A DNA stretch of 64,000 nucleotides from Sedimentisphaerales bacterium (GTDB taxonomy: Bacteria; Planctomycetota; Phycisphaerae; Sedimentisphaerales; SM23-30). The notes under the pieces were generated by a model that had not been told where the DNA came from, made no database searches, and saw only the letters and a list, made by a program, of their open reading frames with translations. Position numbers and translations under genes: made by a program. The stretch is taken from positions 3,230,177-3,294,176 of the forward strand of contig OY763926.1 of the NCBI GenBank assembly GCA_963667715.1, in the 5' to 3' direction. This document shows positions 10,377-20,629 of the stretch, piece after piece (the stretch's first letter is position 1; each line of letters begins with the position of its first letter).

Positions 10377-10591
10377 TCTCCATCTAACTCTTTATGATCA
10401 AATAATTTAGGCAGGCTGAAACACTAAGTCCCATATTTCAAATACGGTGTCTGCTATTGTTTATTTATATCGGATAAAACAGATGGATAATTAACTTAAT
10501 TACTACGGTTATGTCATAAAACATTCATATTAAAACACTATAATCAGCATAACACTAACTACGCTATAAACACTTACACATTAACAACTTA

Positions 10592-11095
10592 CTACACCTT
10601 ACGCGTATCATACGCCCAGTGCAGCAAGGCCTGTCTCTGGCGTTTTCTGCAATCGAGATCGCCGGGCTTACAATGATGCCGCAACTGTGCCAGGTGTCGC
10701 ACCATAGCCTTCCAGCGTTTAATCTGGCGGGCATCATCTTCACAACGACGGCCCATATAATAGCGACAATACCACTGAAACCAGCCGCGAGGGTCATTAG
10801 CCCAAATCCAACCCTTCTCCTGCCAGTAGCTAAGCGGCTTTGATGCATTAACACCAAAAAAGTTCAATTCCGGCATATGCCGTTGTGAACACAGCTTCGC
10901 CTTGGCAAACCAATTCTTCGGAAACTCATCCTGACAATCGGTCATATACTTACCACCAAAAATACCAAGCTCCAACATCATTCTAGGAGTAAGCTGTGGT
11001 TTGAACTGAATATGAAAATTCCTGCCTTTGGGCTCGGTAAGCTCATACTCATACCCCTGCTGCATTAGGTCATTTACTACTATTTTCTTGTTCAT
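10592..11095 (-). CDS. Hypothetical protein (family not recognised)
   Basis: 167-aa ORF with normal amino-acid composition. Overlapping ORFs in other frames look spurious. Confidence 0.6.
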   Translation of the reverse strand: MNKKIVVNDLMQQGYEYELTEPKGRNFHIQFKPQLTPRMMLELGIFGGKYMTDCQDEFPKNWFAKAKLCSQRHMPELNFFGVNASKPLSYWQEKGWIWANDPRGWFQWYCRYYMGRRCEDDARQIKRWKAMVRHLAQLRHHCKPGDLDCRKRQRQALLHWAYDTRKV

Positions 11096-11165
11096 TATCA
11101 GCCTGTCATATTAAATGTGTAAAGTTTACTTATTATAGCAGTCAGATACATAAACATTCCCGACA

Positions 11166-12230
11166 CTACCACCATTTTTTCATTTTGAAAAGTGCCAGCA
11201 TAATTACAGCGATCATAAACATAGCTGATAATGCTGTAAAATATCCGTACCTGAAACTAAGCTCCGGTATATACTCAAAATTCATACCGTAAATACCGGC
11301 AATAAACGTCATAGGAATAAAGACAGCCGACATAATAGTGAGCACCTTCATTATCTGGTTCATATTATTGCCTATGGTCGAAGCGTACAGATCAAACAAA
11401 CTAGCCACACCTTCGCGGGCATCAGCCACAGCGTCAAGAATTTGTTTAACATGGTCATCAACATCACGCAAATACGGCATAGTTACTGAACTGATAAGTT
11501 CTGAGTCATTCTGAAGCAGACTGAACATCATATCTCTAACTGGCCATGTAACCCTTTTAAGGAAATTAACCTCACTTTTCACTTCATGTATCTGGCGAAG
11601 TGTAGCCTTATCAGGATTTGAGCCAACAACCTCATTCAGGTCATCTATTCTCTCTTCTAGTATCTCTACTACATGAAAATAGTTATCGACAATACAATCC
11701 AGCAGTGCATAGAAAAGATAGCTGGAATCGCCAGCTCTAACTTTGCCGCGAGACTGTCTGATACGACTGCGGATTGGATCAAAAACATCACCAGCTCTTT
11801 CTTGAAATGTAATAACCCAGTTATCGACCAGAAGCATACTAACCTGCTCTTCAGCAATTGACAGCTTCGCTCGATCACAGGATAGCATTTTAACAGTCAG
11901 ATAAAGATAACCGCTGAATTCATCAACTTTGGGACGCTGAGCTGTATTAACAATATCTTCAAGTAGTAAATGGTGAATATCAAACTTTTCACCAATGGCC
12001 GCAATAAGCTCAGTATTAGCTACGCCGTTGACATTTAGCCAATTAACCTTACTGCTATCTTTGGTCTTATTTATAGTCTCCAAACTATTAAGCGACTTTT
12101 CTTCTAAAAAGCTGCCGTCATATTCAAAATGGTAAAGATCAACAACGGACTTGCTCTCGCCGCCGATATGCATAAGGGTACCTGGCGGCAAACCTTGCTT
12201 TTTAGACATTCGTTTCTTAATTCGACTCAT
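11166..12230 (-). CDS. corA: Magnesium/cobalt transporter CorA
   Basis: 354 aa with the YGMNF (GMN) signature between two C-terminal TM helices. Confidence 0.9.
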   Translation of the reverse strand: MSRIKKRMSKKQGLPPGTLMHIGGESKSVVDLYHFEYDGSFLEEKSLNSLETINKTKDSSKVNWLNVNGVANTELIAAIGEKFDIHHLLLEDIVNTAQRPKVDEFSGYLYLTVKMLSCDRAKLSIAEEQVSMLLVDNWVITFQERAGDVFDPIRSRIRQSRGKVRAGDSSYLFYALLDCIVDNYFHVVEILEERIDDLNEVVGSNPDKATLRQIHEVKSEVNFLKRVTWPVRDMMFSLLQNDSELISSVTMPYLRDVDDHVKQILDAVADAREGVASLFDLYASTIGNNMNQIMKVLTIMSAVFIPMTFIAGIYGMNFEYIPELSFRYGYFTALSAMFMIAVIMLALFKMKKWW

Positions 12231-15200
12231 TATTACCGCCCTCTATATTGGTTGATTCACTATCTGTAGGCGTCACTTGTGGAGCTGTTACCAATGGTCG
12301 TTCCATCCTGATTGGGAAAGGTTCACAATTTACACTGCGAATATGCAAATCACGCTGCGGGAAGGCAATCTCGATCTTTTCCTTACGGAATTCAGAATCT
12401 ATCGCACAGTTAACTCCGTGCCAAACTTCGAGATAATCTTCCATATCGTTTATATATACCCTAAGCTCAAAATCAAGACAGCTATCACCAAAACCACGGA
12501 AAATGATAGTTGGCTTAGGCTTCCATACAACCCCCTTACGGAACCGGGCAATACGCATAAGCGTCTTTTCCACCTTTTCAATATCAGAACCATAAGCAAC
12601 GCCAACCTTGAAAACAATACGATTAAGGTTATCTGACAAAGTCCAGTTGATTAACTTGCCAGTGATAAATTCCTTATTCGGAATAATAAGTTCTCGTCTA
12701 TCCCAACAGTTAATAGTTGTTGAACGAGTGTTTATATGTGTAACCTTTCCGCTTACCTCACCAACTGTAACAATATCCCCCACACGCATTGGCTGTTCAA
12801 AGAGTAGGATGAGACCAGACATGAAATTAGCAAATATCTCCTGCAGGCCAAAACCTAAACCTACAGTAAAAGCAGCAGCAAGCCATTGTACTTCACCCCA
12901 GCCTATTCCTATTTCAGCAAACGACCAGAATACACCAACAATAACAATTACATATCTGGTTAATGCCAGAATAGCAAAACGAGTTCCTTCCTTATTAGAT
13001 ATTGACTTTAACAGGGTAATATTGATCAGACCTGAAATATTCCTGGCCATAAGTATTGTAATAATAAAAATAGAAAGTGAGCTTAGTACTGACGCCAATG
13101 TTACCCACTCTCCAACTCCATCATCACCAGTAACCTGCCAGAGCTGTTTCTTATCGAGCACTGCCAAGGCAGGGAATACATCTCTAAAGATCACCAGCAA
13201 AGAAATGAGATAACCGAAAGACAATACAAATCGCATAAACCGACATATCTGATCACAATAATCACCCACCTCCTCTTCTGAAAATTCCTCTTCATCAGAA
13301 ATATCATGAGTGCCTTTTTTCTTTTCCATATGCCTGGTAATGATTTTCTTACGTGAGATCTGTATTCTGCGATTAGCCAATGAGTATATAAGCACAAAGA
13401 CCAAACCAGAACCAAAAGCAGCGAACATTCTGGCTTCCAACTTCCAGGCAGCATAAAAATATCCCTGCCAGGCTATTACTGCAAGCGATAAGGGTGTAAT
13501 AATAGATATAAAGCAAATAATGTTCTGGAAAGTAAGAAAACGACGCTCAACACTTACCAGATATCTACCCATAACACCTTTATTAGGATAAAGCAAAATC
13601 GTCAAATATAGAGAGAATAAGACCATTATCACTAAAAACACTAGACGACTGAACTGGTATTTCAAATCGGCATCTTCTAAATTATGCTGGAGATAGAGAA
13701 TCAATAGCAAGGGCTGTAATATAAAAATAAACCAACTGCTTAGTGTAAATACTGCCTTGGCAATATTCTGACTATAACCGAAATGTGACATAGCAAGGCC
13801 ATTGTTAACAAAAATATTACGCAGAGGCAACAAGACAATATCGTACAGTGCAAGACTAAGGCAGGCAGATGCCAGATGAAGAACAAATTCATTACCGCCT
13901 GCGCCGTTTTGGAGTGTCCAGCCCATAATATAGATCATAAGTGGTATAGGCACACTATAGAAAATGGTTAAAAGAAGTACTTCAAAGGTCAAGGTAAGGC
14001 TGTCAGTCTCTGGAATCAGCACTTTAGCAGCAATCTCATGCATCTTCCGCCGGTTGAGATACCTGATCATAAATGACAGAATTAGCAAAAGCCATAGACA
14101 TACACTATGAATAATACTATTTTTAATTCCAGCTGCCAAAGCCTGTAACGCTTGCCATAAATTAGTGACTGAAAATATATGCTTTATCTCCGGACCTACC
14201 TGACGGAAAGAATCCAGCGAAATAGGCTGGGCATTTTTTACCCATAAGATATGTTCATTAATGAAATTCTCGTATTTCCTGAACTGAGTAATAAACTCGC
14301 GTTCCTTATCATCTATTGCGGTAAGAATACTACTATAACTATTGAAATTGGAAACCAGAGTTTCCAGATTACTGCGGCGAGTTGTTAACAGCTCTTCGAC
14401 TTTGACAGCTAGATCCTGACGCTCCCGGCCTTCTGGTAGATCGACTTCAAACATTACCAAGGCTACAGCATCGGAAATAATATCAAGCTTCGACTTCTGT
14501 TCATCATAATCCAACAGCTCAAACATCGTCTGCGACATTTCCTCCAGACGAGCTTTAATATTACGCTTATTAGCATTGATATCCGGTAAATTTAATCTTT
14601 TATTATTCAGTAGATAACCAATTGCAGTTGTTTGGCCGGAAACGCTAACCCTTTTACTAAGCTGGTCATAATCAGCTGTCAGCCCCTGAAGCTTTTCGTC
14701 GATCTCCTTTTGCAGAACACCGGCTTTCTCGATCTTCACTGCTATTTCGACCTGTTTTTTTGCAATTTCTAGGTTTTCCTGCGAAAGATTAGTAAGAATC
14801 GGATAATTTGAGGCTACTTCAGTAGCAACCTCTTGGGCCTGCCTACTGGCCGTCTGAGCTTCCTTCTTACGTCTTTCATTTACCAGCTCTTCCCACTTCT
14901 TCACCTGTTCTGTAAGTACCTGCTGTTTCTTTGCATAATAATCTCGTTTTATAGTTAGTAAATCACCACGAGCATTATACATAGCCAGCTCAGATTCCAA
15001 CGATGAAGCCTTTGCCTTTAAGGAATCTTCTGTCAAAGTCTTCAGAACATTACTTGCCTGCTTTATTTCATCAAGGCTTAAGTCAGTACTTACATCAACA
15101 CTTTTATCAGAAGACTTTAGTAACTGGTCATTTATGGCAATTATCTCTTTAGGGATCTCAGTTCTTCTGGTAGCGCGCCTCTGTGGCTCATTTGCCAAAG

Positions 15201-15636
15201 CTGACGATTCTTTCTGTATCTGACTAAACTCTATCTGAAATGCGGCAAGCTTCTGCTCCATCTGCTCCAGAGACATTGAAGACTCATAGCCGTTATCTTC
15301 AGCCTGAATATTGCTTAGTAACCCCTTAAACTTTACCAATTCGTCCGGAGTACCATGTGTTTTATTATCATAATCTTCTTTAATAACCTTTAACGACTCG
15401 ATTTCACGTAAACGATCTAAACTGTCAGTATAAAGTTTTGACAGCTTATCTTTATCTGCCTGATTTAGGTCTGTCCGCAGCTCAAGTGCCTTAACCTTAC
15501 TATTGATATCCTCAGCTTTATAACCATGCGCAGCAAAGGTCTCACCCCCTGCAACCCGATCTGGAGGTACCGTTTGCCCCATTAAAACACACGGGAAAAA
15601 GGACAAAAGAAACAAAATTAATAGATTTTTACGCAT
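12217..15636 (-). CDS. Large MscS-family mechanosensitive channel (MscK/KefA-like)
   Basis: 1139 aa. The layout is signal peptide, long coiled-coil region, multiple TM helices, then an MscS beta-domain motif (MRVGDIVTVGEVSGKVTHINTRSTTI). Its 3' end overlaps the corA start by 14 bp. Confidence 0.85.
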   Translation of the reverse strand: MRKNLLILFLLSFFPCVLMGQTVPPDRVAGGETFAAHGYKAEDINSKVKALELRTDLNQADKDKLSKLYTDSLDRLREIESLKVIKEDYDNKTHGTPDELVKFKGLLSNIQAEDNGYESSMSLEQMEQKLAAFQIEFSQIQKESSALANEPQRRATRRTEIPKEIIAINDQLLKSSDKSVDVSTDLSLDEIKQASNVLKTLTEDSLKAKASSLESELAMYNARGDLLTIKRDYYAKKQQVLTEQVKKWEELVNERRKKEAQTASRQAQEVATEVASNYPILTNLSQENLEIAKKQVEIAVKIEKAGVLQKEIDEKLQGLTADYDQLSKRVSVSGQTTAIGYLLNNKRLNLPDINANKRNIKARLEEMSQTMFELLDYDEQKSKLDIISDAVALVMFEVDLPEGRERQDLAVKVEELLTTRRSNLETLVSNFNSYSSILTAIDDKEREFITQFRKYENFINEHILWVKNAQPISLDSFRQVGPEIKHIFSVTNLWQALQALAAGIKNSIIHSVCLWLLLILSFMIRYLNRRKMHEIAAKVLIPETDSLTLTFEVLLLTIFYSVPIPLMIYIMGWTLQNGAGGNEFVLHLASACLSLALYDIVLLPLRNIFVNNGLAMSHFGYSQNIAKAVFTLSSWFIFILQPLLLILYLQHNLEDADLKYQFSRLVFLVIMVLFSLYLTILLYPNKGVMGRYLVSVERRFLTFQNIICFISIITPLSLAVIAWQGYFYAAWKLEARMFAAFGSGLVFVLIYSLANRRIQISRKKIITRHMEKKKGTHDISDEEEFSEEEVGDYCDQICRFMRFVLSFGYLISLLVIFRDVFPALAVLDKKQLWQVTGDDGVGEWVTLASVLSSLSIFIITILMARNISGLINITLLKSISNKEGTRFAILALTRYVIVIVGVFWSFAEIGIGWGEVQWLAAAFTVGLGFGLQEIFANFMSGLILLFEQPMRVGDIVTVGEVSGKVTHINTRSTTINCWDRRELIIPNKEFITGKLINWTLSDNLNRIVFKVGVAYGSDIEKVEKTLMRIARFRKGVVWKPKPTIIFRGFGDSCLDFELRVYINDMEDYLEVWHGVNCAIDSEFRKEKIEIAFPQRDLHIRSVNCEPFPIRMERPLVTAPQVTPTDSESTNIEGGNNESN

Positions 15637-15969
15637 TTTCCACCTGAAAATAACAAAATACCATACCGTCTACTAAGTGCAAAATCATAATTTTCATATA
15701 CAAAATGGTCAAAAAATAATCATATATGGCTATAATTTGATTATATACAAAGAAAAATGCTCTGCAATTTTTTTCTAAACATAAATAATATATCGGCTTA
15801 TAGCTTTACTTTTTAACAATAATAATTCCTGCCTTTATTAATATAAAAACTTTTAGACCAGGTTGACTTTTAAGGCCAAACAGCCATAAAGTATTGTAAC
15901 TAAGATTAGTCAAATAAAATTGAGAAACTCTTTTGAGACTAATATCAATAGCTAAGAAAGGAGATCATA

Positions 15970-16641
15970 ATGTACTCTGGAATAAAAGTTTTATTAGCAA
16001 CGCTAACTCTTTCTGCTGCTTCCTGGGCTATGCCAGTCGATATTACTTATAATGATACTGACAGTCAAGACGTATTGGTAATACCAGAAGTTCAAATACA
16101 TGAGTTGGGAACTACCACAACATCGCCAACAGGTGAAATCATTGAAAACTTTCCAATGGATGAAAGGATTGATGCTACATATTCACCAACTAATATAAGG
16201 CCGTGCAGGGCTGACTTTGATCTCAGCGGCGGGCCAAACTACTTGGTTTCAATATCTAATGCCAGTAGAATAAGCTGGACCGACCTTTGGTACGTAGCTG
16301 ACCCTGAAACAACAATAACTAATGATGACGGCATAGTAAATGGTCAGCTGGCATTTAGAATCGATAGTATTGGCCTTAACACTCCCCTTCAGTCTGGTGA
16401 CACCAATAGTAATGGATGTTTTGACCCTGGTGAGACTTGGAGCTTTGTTGTTCAGAACTATGTAAACAGCTTAGGGCTATTGGTAACAGATTTTTCCAGC
16501 GTTGGCGTTGGCGACCAAAGCGCAGCTGGGCCAGTGAGTCCATACTACTCATCTGGCAGTATAATAGCAGTTCCAGAACCTGTTTCATTAACGTTACTTA
16601 CAGCTGGAATACTACTTATATCCAAACGTAAAAAAAGCTGA
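15970..16641 (+). CDS. PEP-CTERM sorting-domain secreted protein
   Basis: 223 aa with a signal peptide and a C-terminal VPEPVSLTLLTAGILLISKRKKS (PEP motif, TM helix, basic tail). Confidence 0.8.
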   Translation: MYSGIKVLLATLTLSAASWAMPVDITYNDTDSQDVLVIPEVQIHELGTTTTSPTGEIIENFPMDERIDATYSPTNIRPCRADFDLSGGPNYLVSISNASRISWTDLWYVADPETTITNDDGIVNGQLAFRIDSIGLNTPLQSGDTNSNGCFDPGETWSFVVQNYVNSLGLLVTDFSSVGVGDQSAAGPVSPYYSSGSIIAVPEPVSLTLLTAGILLISKRKKS

Positions 16642-16776
16642 TAACTTTCAGCAATAACGATAATAATCAACACCTTGCCTGCCGAAGAATAATGCCATTA
16701 CGAATTATTCTTTGACAGGCTTATTTTATCAATAGAGTGTTTAGGACAAAAACTTTCTTTCCTTTTGTCCATTAAA

Positions 16777-16809
16777 AAAGCCGGCTAGGGTATATTCCTA
16801 TCCGGCTTT
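16777..16809. terminator. Terminator hairpin downstream of the GH115 gene (possibly bidirectional)
   Basis: aaagccgg (16777-16784) pairs with ccggcttt (16802-16809). On the minus strand the hairpin is followed by ttttttaat. Confidence 0.5.
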
Positions 16810-16839
16810 AAATAACAAAAATTCTACTTAGCTATCTGG

Positions 16840-19800
16840 TTATTTAACAACAGTTTCTGCTGGCCCACAATGAGTTTCCGGCAGTTTACCAATTACCAGC
16901 TTATCAAGGATCAGACCTGGGTCTGTTGCCCATACCTTCACCTTATGGCGACCAGCACCAGAAAGCTTGTGTTTGCTGGTGGTTAATGCAGCACCATTTA
17001 TAACATTTACACTCCACTGATGTGAATATTCTTCAGTGTCAAACTCTACCATACTGGCAGGCCCACCATCCACCGCAACAGCATAACACAGCTTACGCTC
17101 AGCATTTGCTGCATGAGTAGGCAGACAATAAATGTTTACATCTATATCACTGCTATTTTCCCAAGTGTAAAAATCATATTCAAGGCAAGCGGTATCTGAA
17201 AGTTTTGCCACATCTGTAATACTATCAAAGGTAAATGGATATGGAATAACTGCATTACCAGTACGGCCAAGAGTTGGTATTACCTTCCAGAAGTTCTGCG
17301 CTCCCGGTGTCTCGCCAGAATAATTTTCTGCTTCAACACAAGCATAGCCATTGATCATAACAGCAGTATTCTCCATTTCAGCTACTGAAGGAGAAGCTGG
17401 TTTGAAAGCTTTAACATTAAAGGTTACATCTTTACCAGCACCTGAAACAGTAACCAAGCCACTCGCCGTGCCAGAAGGAGCTTTGGCCCAGTTTATAGAT
17501 AGTTCCACACGCCGCTGGCCTTCAATATTGCCAGAAGCAGGAGTAAATGATATCCACTTATTCGGGCTAGATATAGAATAGTCAAAGCTCTTATCACCTT
17601 TATTGAATATATCCACAAAGTAAGAATTGTCAGTATATACATCAAATATTGGTAGTGAATTATCAGGTAATACGGCCTTATTTAATGGTTTAACTGAGAA
17701 TTTGGCAAATGAAGCCATATCGTTATACGAACCAATACCAACAGCACCGTCAGCAAAATTGCGTTTGATATCCAATATCTGGCGTCCACGATAGCTGACG
17801 GTAAACTTACCATCTTTCTTTACAACCTTAACCGGATACATTCCGCCACGAGTTAAAGCATGTTGACAATTAGTGATGAGCTTGCGGTTACCATTAACAA
17901 CACTAAAAAGTGCAGTGTTAACAGTTGAACCTGTAAGAATCATGTAATTGTAATTTCTCTCATCGACATAACCAAAAACAATAGCCAAGTCAGCAGCACT
18001 ATTAACATTAAAGTTTTCAACACTGCCAACCAGACAATCAAGCTCAAAATCGCCATACCAGCGATCTTTTAATAAAGCTATCTCGCCAAGTCTATCACCA
18101 GAAAGAGGTTCAAAATCAGTGGTATTTATTGCTAGCTGAACACTATCACCCTGCTTGCGAACTTCCCAGCGAGAAGGAGTAGTCATCGACCAGTCGCTAA
18201 GCTCTGCCATAGTAAAATCATCGGAAAAAGCTTCACCAGCCACAATATCGGCCGCAGCCAAGTCACGACTCTGACCTTCAAGAACAACACCCATAGAAGC
18301 ACCGTTAACAGGCTTAACACTGCCAACATCCGGCATTCTAAAGGCCTGGCGATCGCGAGGATGACTGGAAATCATGCCGTCCCACTTGCCATCGGCCAGT
18401 CTCTTATTATAATATTCAGTCTCAGCTTCAACCTGATCGTAAGCATATTTAGCTTCTTTGGCAAGGTCATTTGCTATAACTCTTCCCTGCTGAGCATAAA
18501 ATCTGCTTCGTCCAGCCTGAAGGATCTTTTCATTAACCAGACCTGCACAACGAACTGGATACAGTACCAACTGATAAAATGCATCTCTATACATTTCCGG
18601 CAAACTGTGATATACCGCAAGTGCCCTGTCGTCGAGCTCTTTATAGCTATCAACACGTCGTTGGGCTTCATCACCATCATTTATATAGCTAAAACCAATA
18701 CCCATACGAACTGTATGCTCTGGTTTACGCTGCTGTCCAAGCTGATAGTATTTATAGAGTATATCAGCGATCTCATCCTTGCAAAATGCAGGGAACTTCT
18801 CACCGGCCCAATTGCCAAGATATTGGTCAATATTGTCAAAATTAACAGAATCGATATCCCAGCCAAGTTCCAGGAAAAACTCAGTAGCAATTTCAGCTGG
18901 TTTTATATCGCCAACGTTAAGCACCCATACTCTGTCAGCGCCATAAGCATAGGCTTTCTTCATTTCTTCAAGAATAAGTGCAGGCGGAGTTGAACACAGC
19001 CAGAGATAATCCTCAGGTTCACCCCAATATGAAACATGGTAATAAACACCAGCCCGGCCACCACGTTTCTGCTCTTCTGGTGTACTCAGGTATCTGATAT
19101 AGCCGTGATTATCATCTGGCCAAACCAGAGTTACATCATCAGGTACGTCCATACCAAGGCGATATAGACCCAGCACCTCTTTATATGGACAGAATATCTG
19201 TGCAACCTTAGTTACATCATCATTAACAAATTCTTTAAGCATCTGACGCTGAGCAGGGAAAATCTCATTCTGCATAGCGAGCATTTTCTGGTGGTTATCT
19301 TTGCCGCTGCAAGGCATGCCACTATCATGAATACCACGCATACCAAGTGTATACACACTTTCGTATGGGCCGTTAACTTTAACACGGTCACGCCAGTACT
19401 CAATAAGATGTTCACTATTTTGACACCAATCCCAATGGCCACGTTCAGTTCCATCAGCGGGCTCCCATAGATACCATTCTCTGGTATTATTTCTAAGCAT
19501 CTGTTCACAATGCGAAGAGCCGGCAACAATAGCATAATCATCAGCAACATGCTTGTTTGCTTCAAATATGTTAAATGACTTGGTACATTCATGCATAGCC
19601 GGCCAAATATAATTCGCTTTCAAACGAAGTAGCAGTTCATAAACCTTGGTATAGGTTTTAGGTCCTACAAACTCATCTTCTGGCGAAAAATTATCACGCG
19701 ACCAAGGGTGAAGCCCCCAATCCTCATCGTTTATGAAGAAACCACGATACTTTACAGATGGTGGCCCCATATAACAAGCGTCAGCTTTAACTGCTATGTA

Positions 19801-20355
19801 ATCCATTGGCAATGCCGGAACATCAGCCCACCAATTAAAAGGTGAAACGCCGATCTGTTCGGAAAGGTCAAACACACCAAATGCTGTACCACGACGATCG
19901 CTACCGGCAATGACCAATGCTTTAGATATACCCTTGAAAGGTTTATCTACAACCTGACTTTGAAATGTTTCCCACTGGCCGTCGATAAAGGATACATCAA
20001 TTTTCTTCTGAGCAACCAGCTTATCAACCAGTCCGCCAGAACCAATAGTTCCCAGTATAATCACATTTCCTTTAACACCCTTGAGTTTATTACTAACAAC
20101 AGGACGTTTGCCAGTTACCTGCTCAAAGTCATTAGCCAGGCAATCAGCAACAATACGACATACAGTTGCTTCGTTAGAATCATAACATATACCGGCAACC
20201 TTTTTGCCGTCAAACAATACCATAGCACCAGCAGATGGCTGATCTGCGATAATAACAGAGCCCTTTTGCGGCGACGTTTGTCCATAAGATGCTGTTGAAA
20301 TGACAATAGTCAACAACACTGAAAGAATACACACATAGTACTTAAATAATTTCAT
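16840..20355 (-). CDS. Glycoside hydrolase family 115-like protein with C-terminal beta-sandwich domains
   Basis: 1171 aa with a signal peptide. The motifs FFINDEDWGLHPW and TLGMRGIHDSGM match my memory of GH115 catalytic modules. Confidence 0.75.
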   Translation of the reverse strand: MKLFKYYVCILSVLLTIVISTASYGQTSPQKGSVIIADQPSAGAMVLFDGKKVAGICYDSNEATVCRIVADCLANDFEQVTGKRPVVSNKLKGVKGNVIILGTIGSGGLVDKLVAQKKIDVSFIDGQWETFQSQVVDKPFKGISKALVIAGSDRRGTAFGVFDLSEQIGVSPFNWWADVPALPMDYIAVKADACYMGPPSVKYRGFFINDEDWGLHPWSRDNFSPEDEFVGPKTYTKVYELLLRLKANYIWPAMHECTKSFNIFEANKHVADDYAIVAGSSHCEQMLRNNTREWYLWEPADGTERGHWDWCQNSEHLIEYWRDRVKVNGPYESVYTLGMRGIHDSGMPCSGKDNHQKMLAMQNEIFPAQRQMLKEFVNDDVTKVAQIFCPYKEVLGLYRLGMDVPDDVTLVWPDDNHGYIRYLSTPEEQKRGGRAGVYYHVSYWGEPEDYLWLCSTPPALILEEMKKAYAYGADRVWVLNVGDIKPAEIATEFFLELGWDIDSVNFDNIDQYLGNWAGEKFPAFCKDEIADILYKYYQLGQQRKPEHTVRMGIGFSYINDGDEAQRRVDSYKELDDRALAVYHSLPEMYRDAFYQLVLYPVRCAGLVNEKILQAGRSRFYAQQGRVIANDLAKEAKYAYDQVEAETEYYNKRLADGKWDGMISSHPRDRQAFRMPDVGSVKPVNGASMGVVLEGQSRDLAAADIVAGEAFSDDFTMAELSDWSMTTPSRWEVRKQGDSVQLAINTTDFEPLSGDRLGEIALLKDRWYGDFELDCLVGSVENFNVNSAADLAIVFGYVDERNYNYMILTGSTVNTALFSVVNGNRKLITNCQHALTRGGMYPVKVVKKDGKFTVSYRGRQILDIKRNFADGAVGIGSYNDMASFAKFSVKPLNKAVLPDNSLPIFDVYTDNSYFVDIFNKGDKSFDYSISSPNKWISFTPASGNIEGQRRVELSINWAKAPSGTASGLVTVSGAGKDVTFNVKAFKPASPSVAEMENTAVMINGYACVEAENYSGETPGAQNFWKVIPTLGRTGNAVIPYPFTFDSITDVAKLSDTACLEYDFYTWENSSDIDVNIYCLPTHAANAERKLCYAVAVDGGPASMVEFDTEEYSHQWSVNVINGAALTTSKHKLSGAGRHKVKVWATDPGLILDKLVIGKLPETHCGPAETVVK

Positions 20356-20629
20356 AAGCTGTCCTCTCTAAAGTAAATGAGTACACATAAGTCTCCTTAC
20401 ACAATTAACTTGCATTATATTATCCTCATATAATTAGAAAACACAATCAGCGTATTAGTGCTTTTTATTGCAGGATAATAACCTGCCCCCCCAGAAAATA
20501 ATCTTAATTACACATTTGAAGTTAAGGCTGTTTTTAACATAAACACTTTAATTATTGAAATATAAGAGATTTAATTACCATTATACACCTAAAGACTATA
20601 GTGCAAAACGATTATTATCAGAACAGAGC

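Noticed and set aside
12608-13213. A 201-aa ORF antisense to the MscK-like gene, plus similar antisense ORFs (18361-18993 + in GH115, 39004-39432 + in the P-loop NTPase gene, 61092-61436 - and 63183-63563 - in the BlaR1-like gene)
   Set aside because: Each lies wholly inside a longer gene with strong motif support on the opposite strand. None has a motif or RBS.
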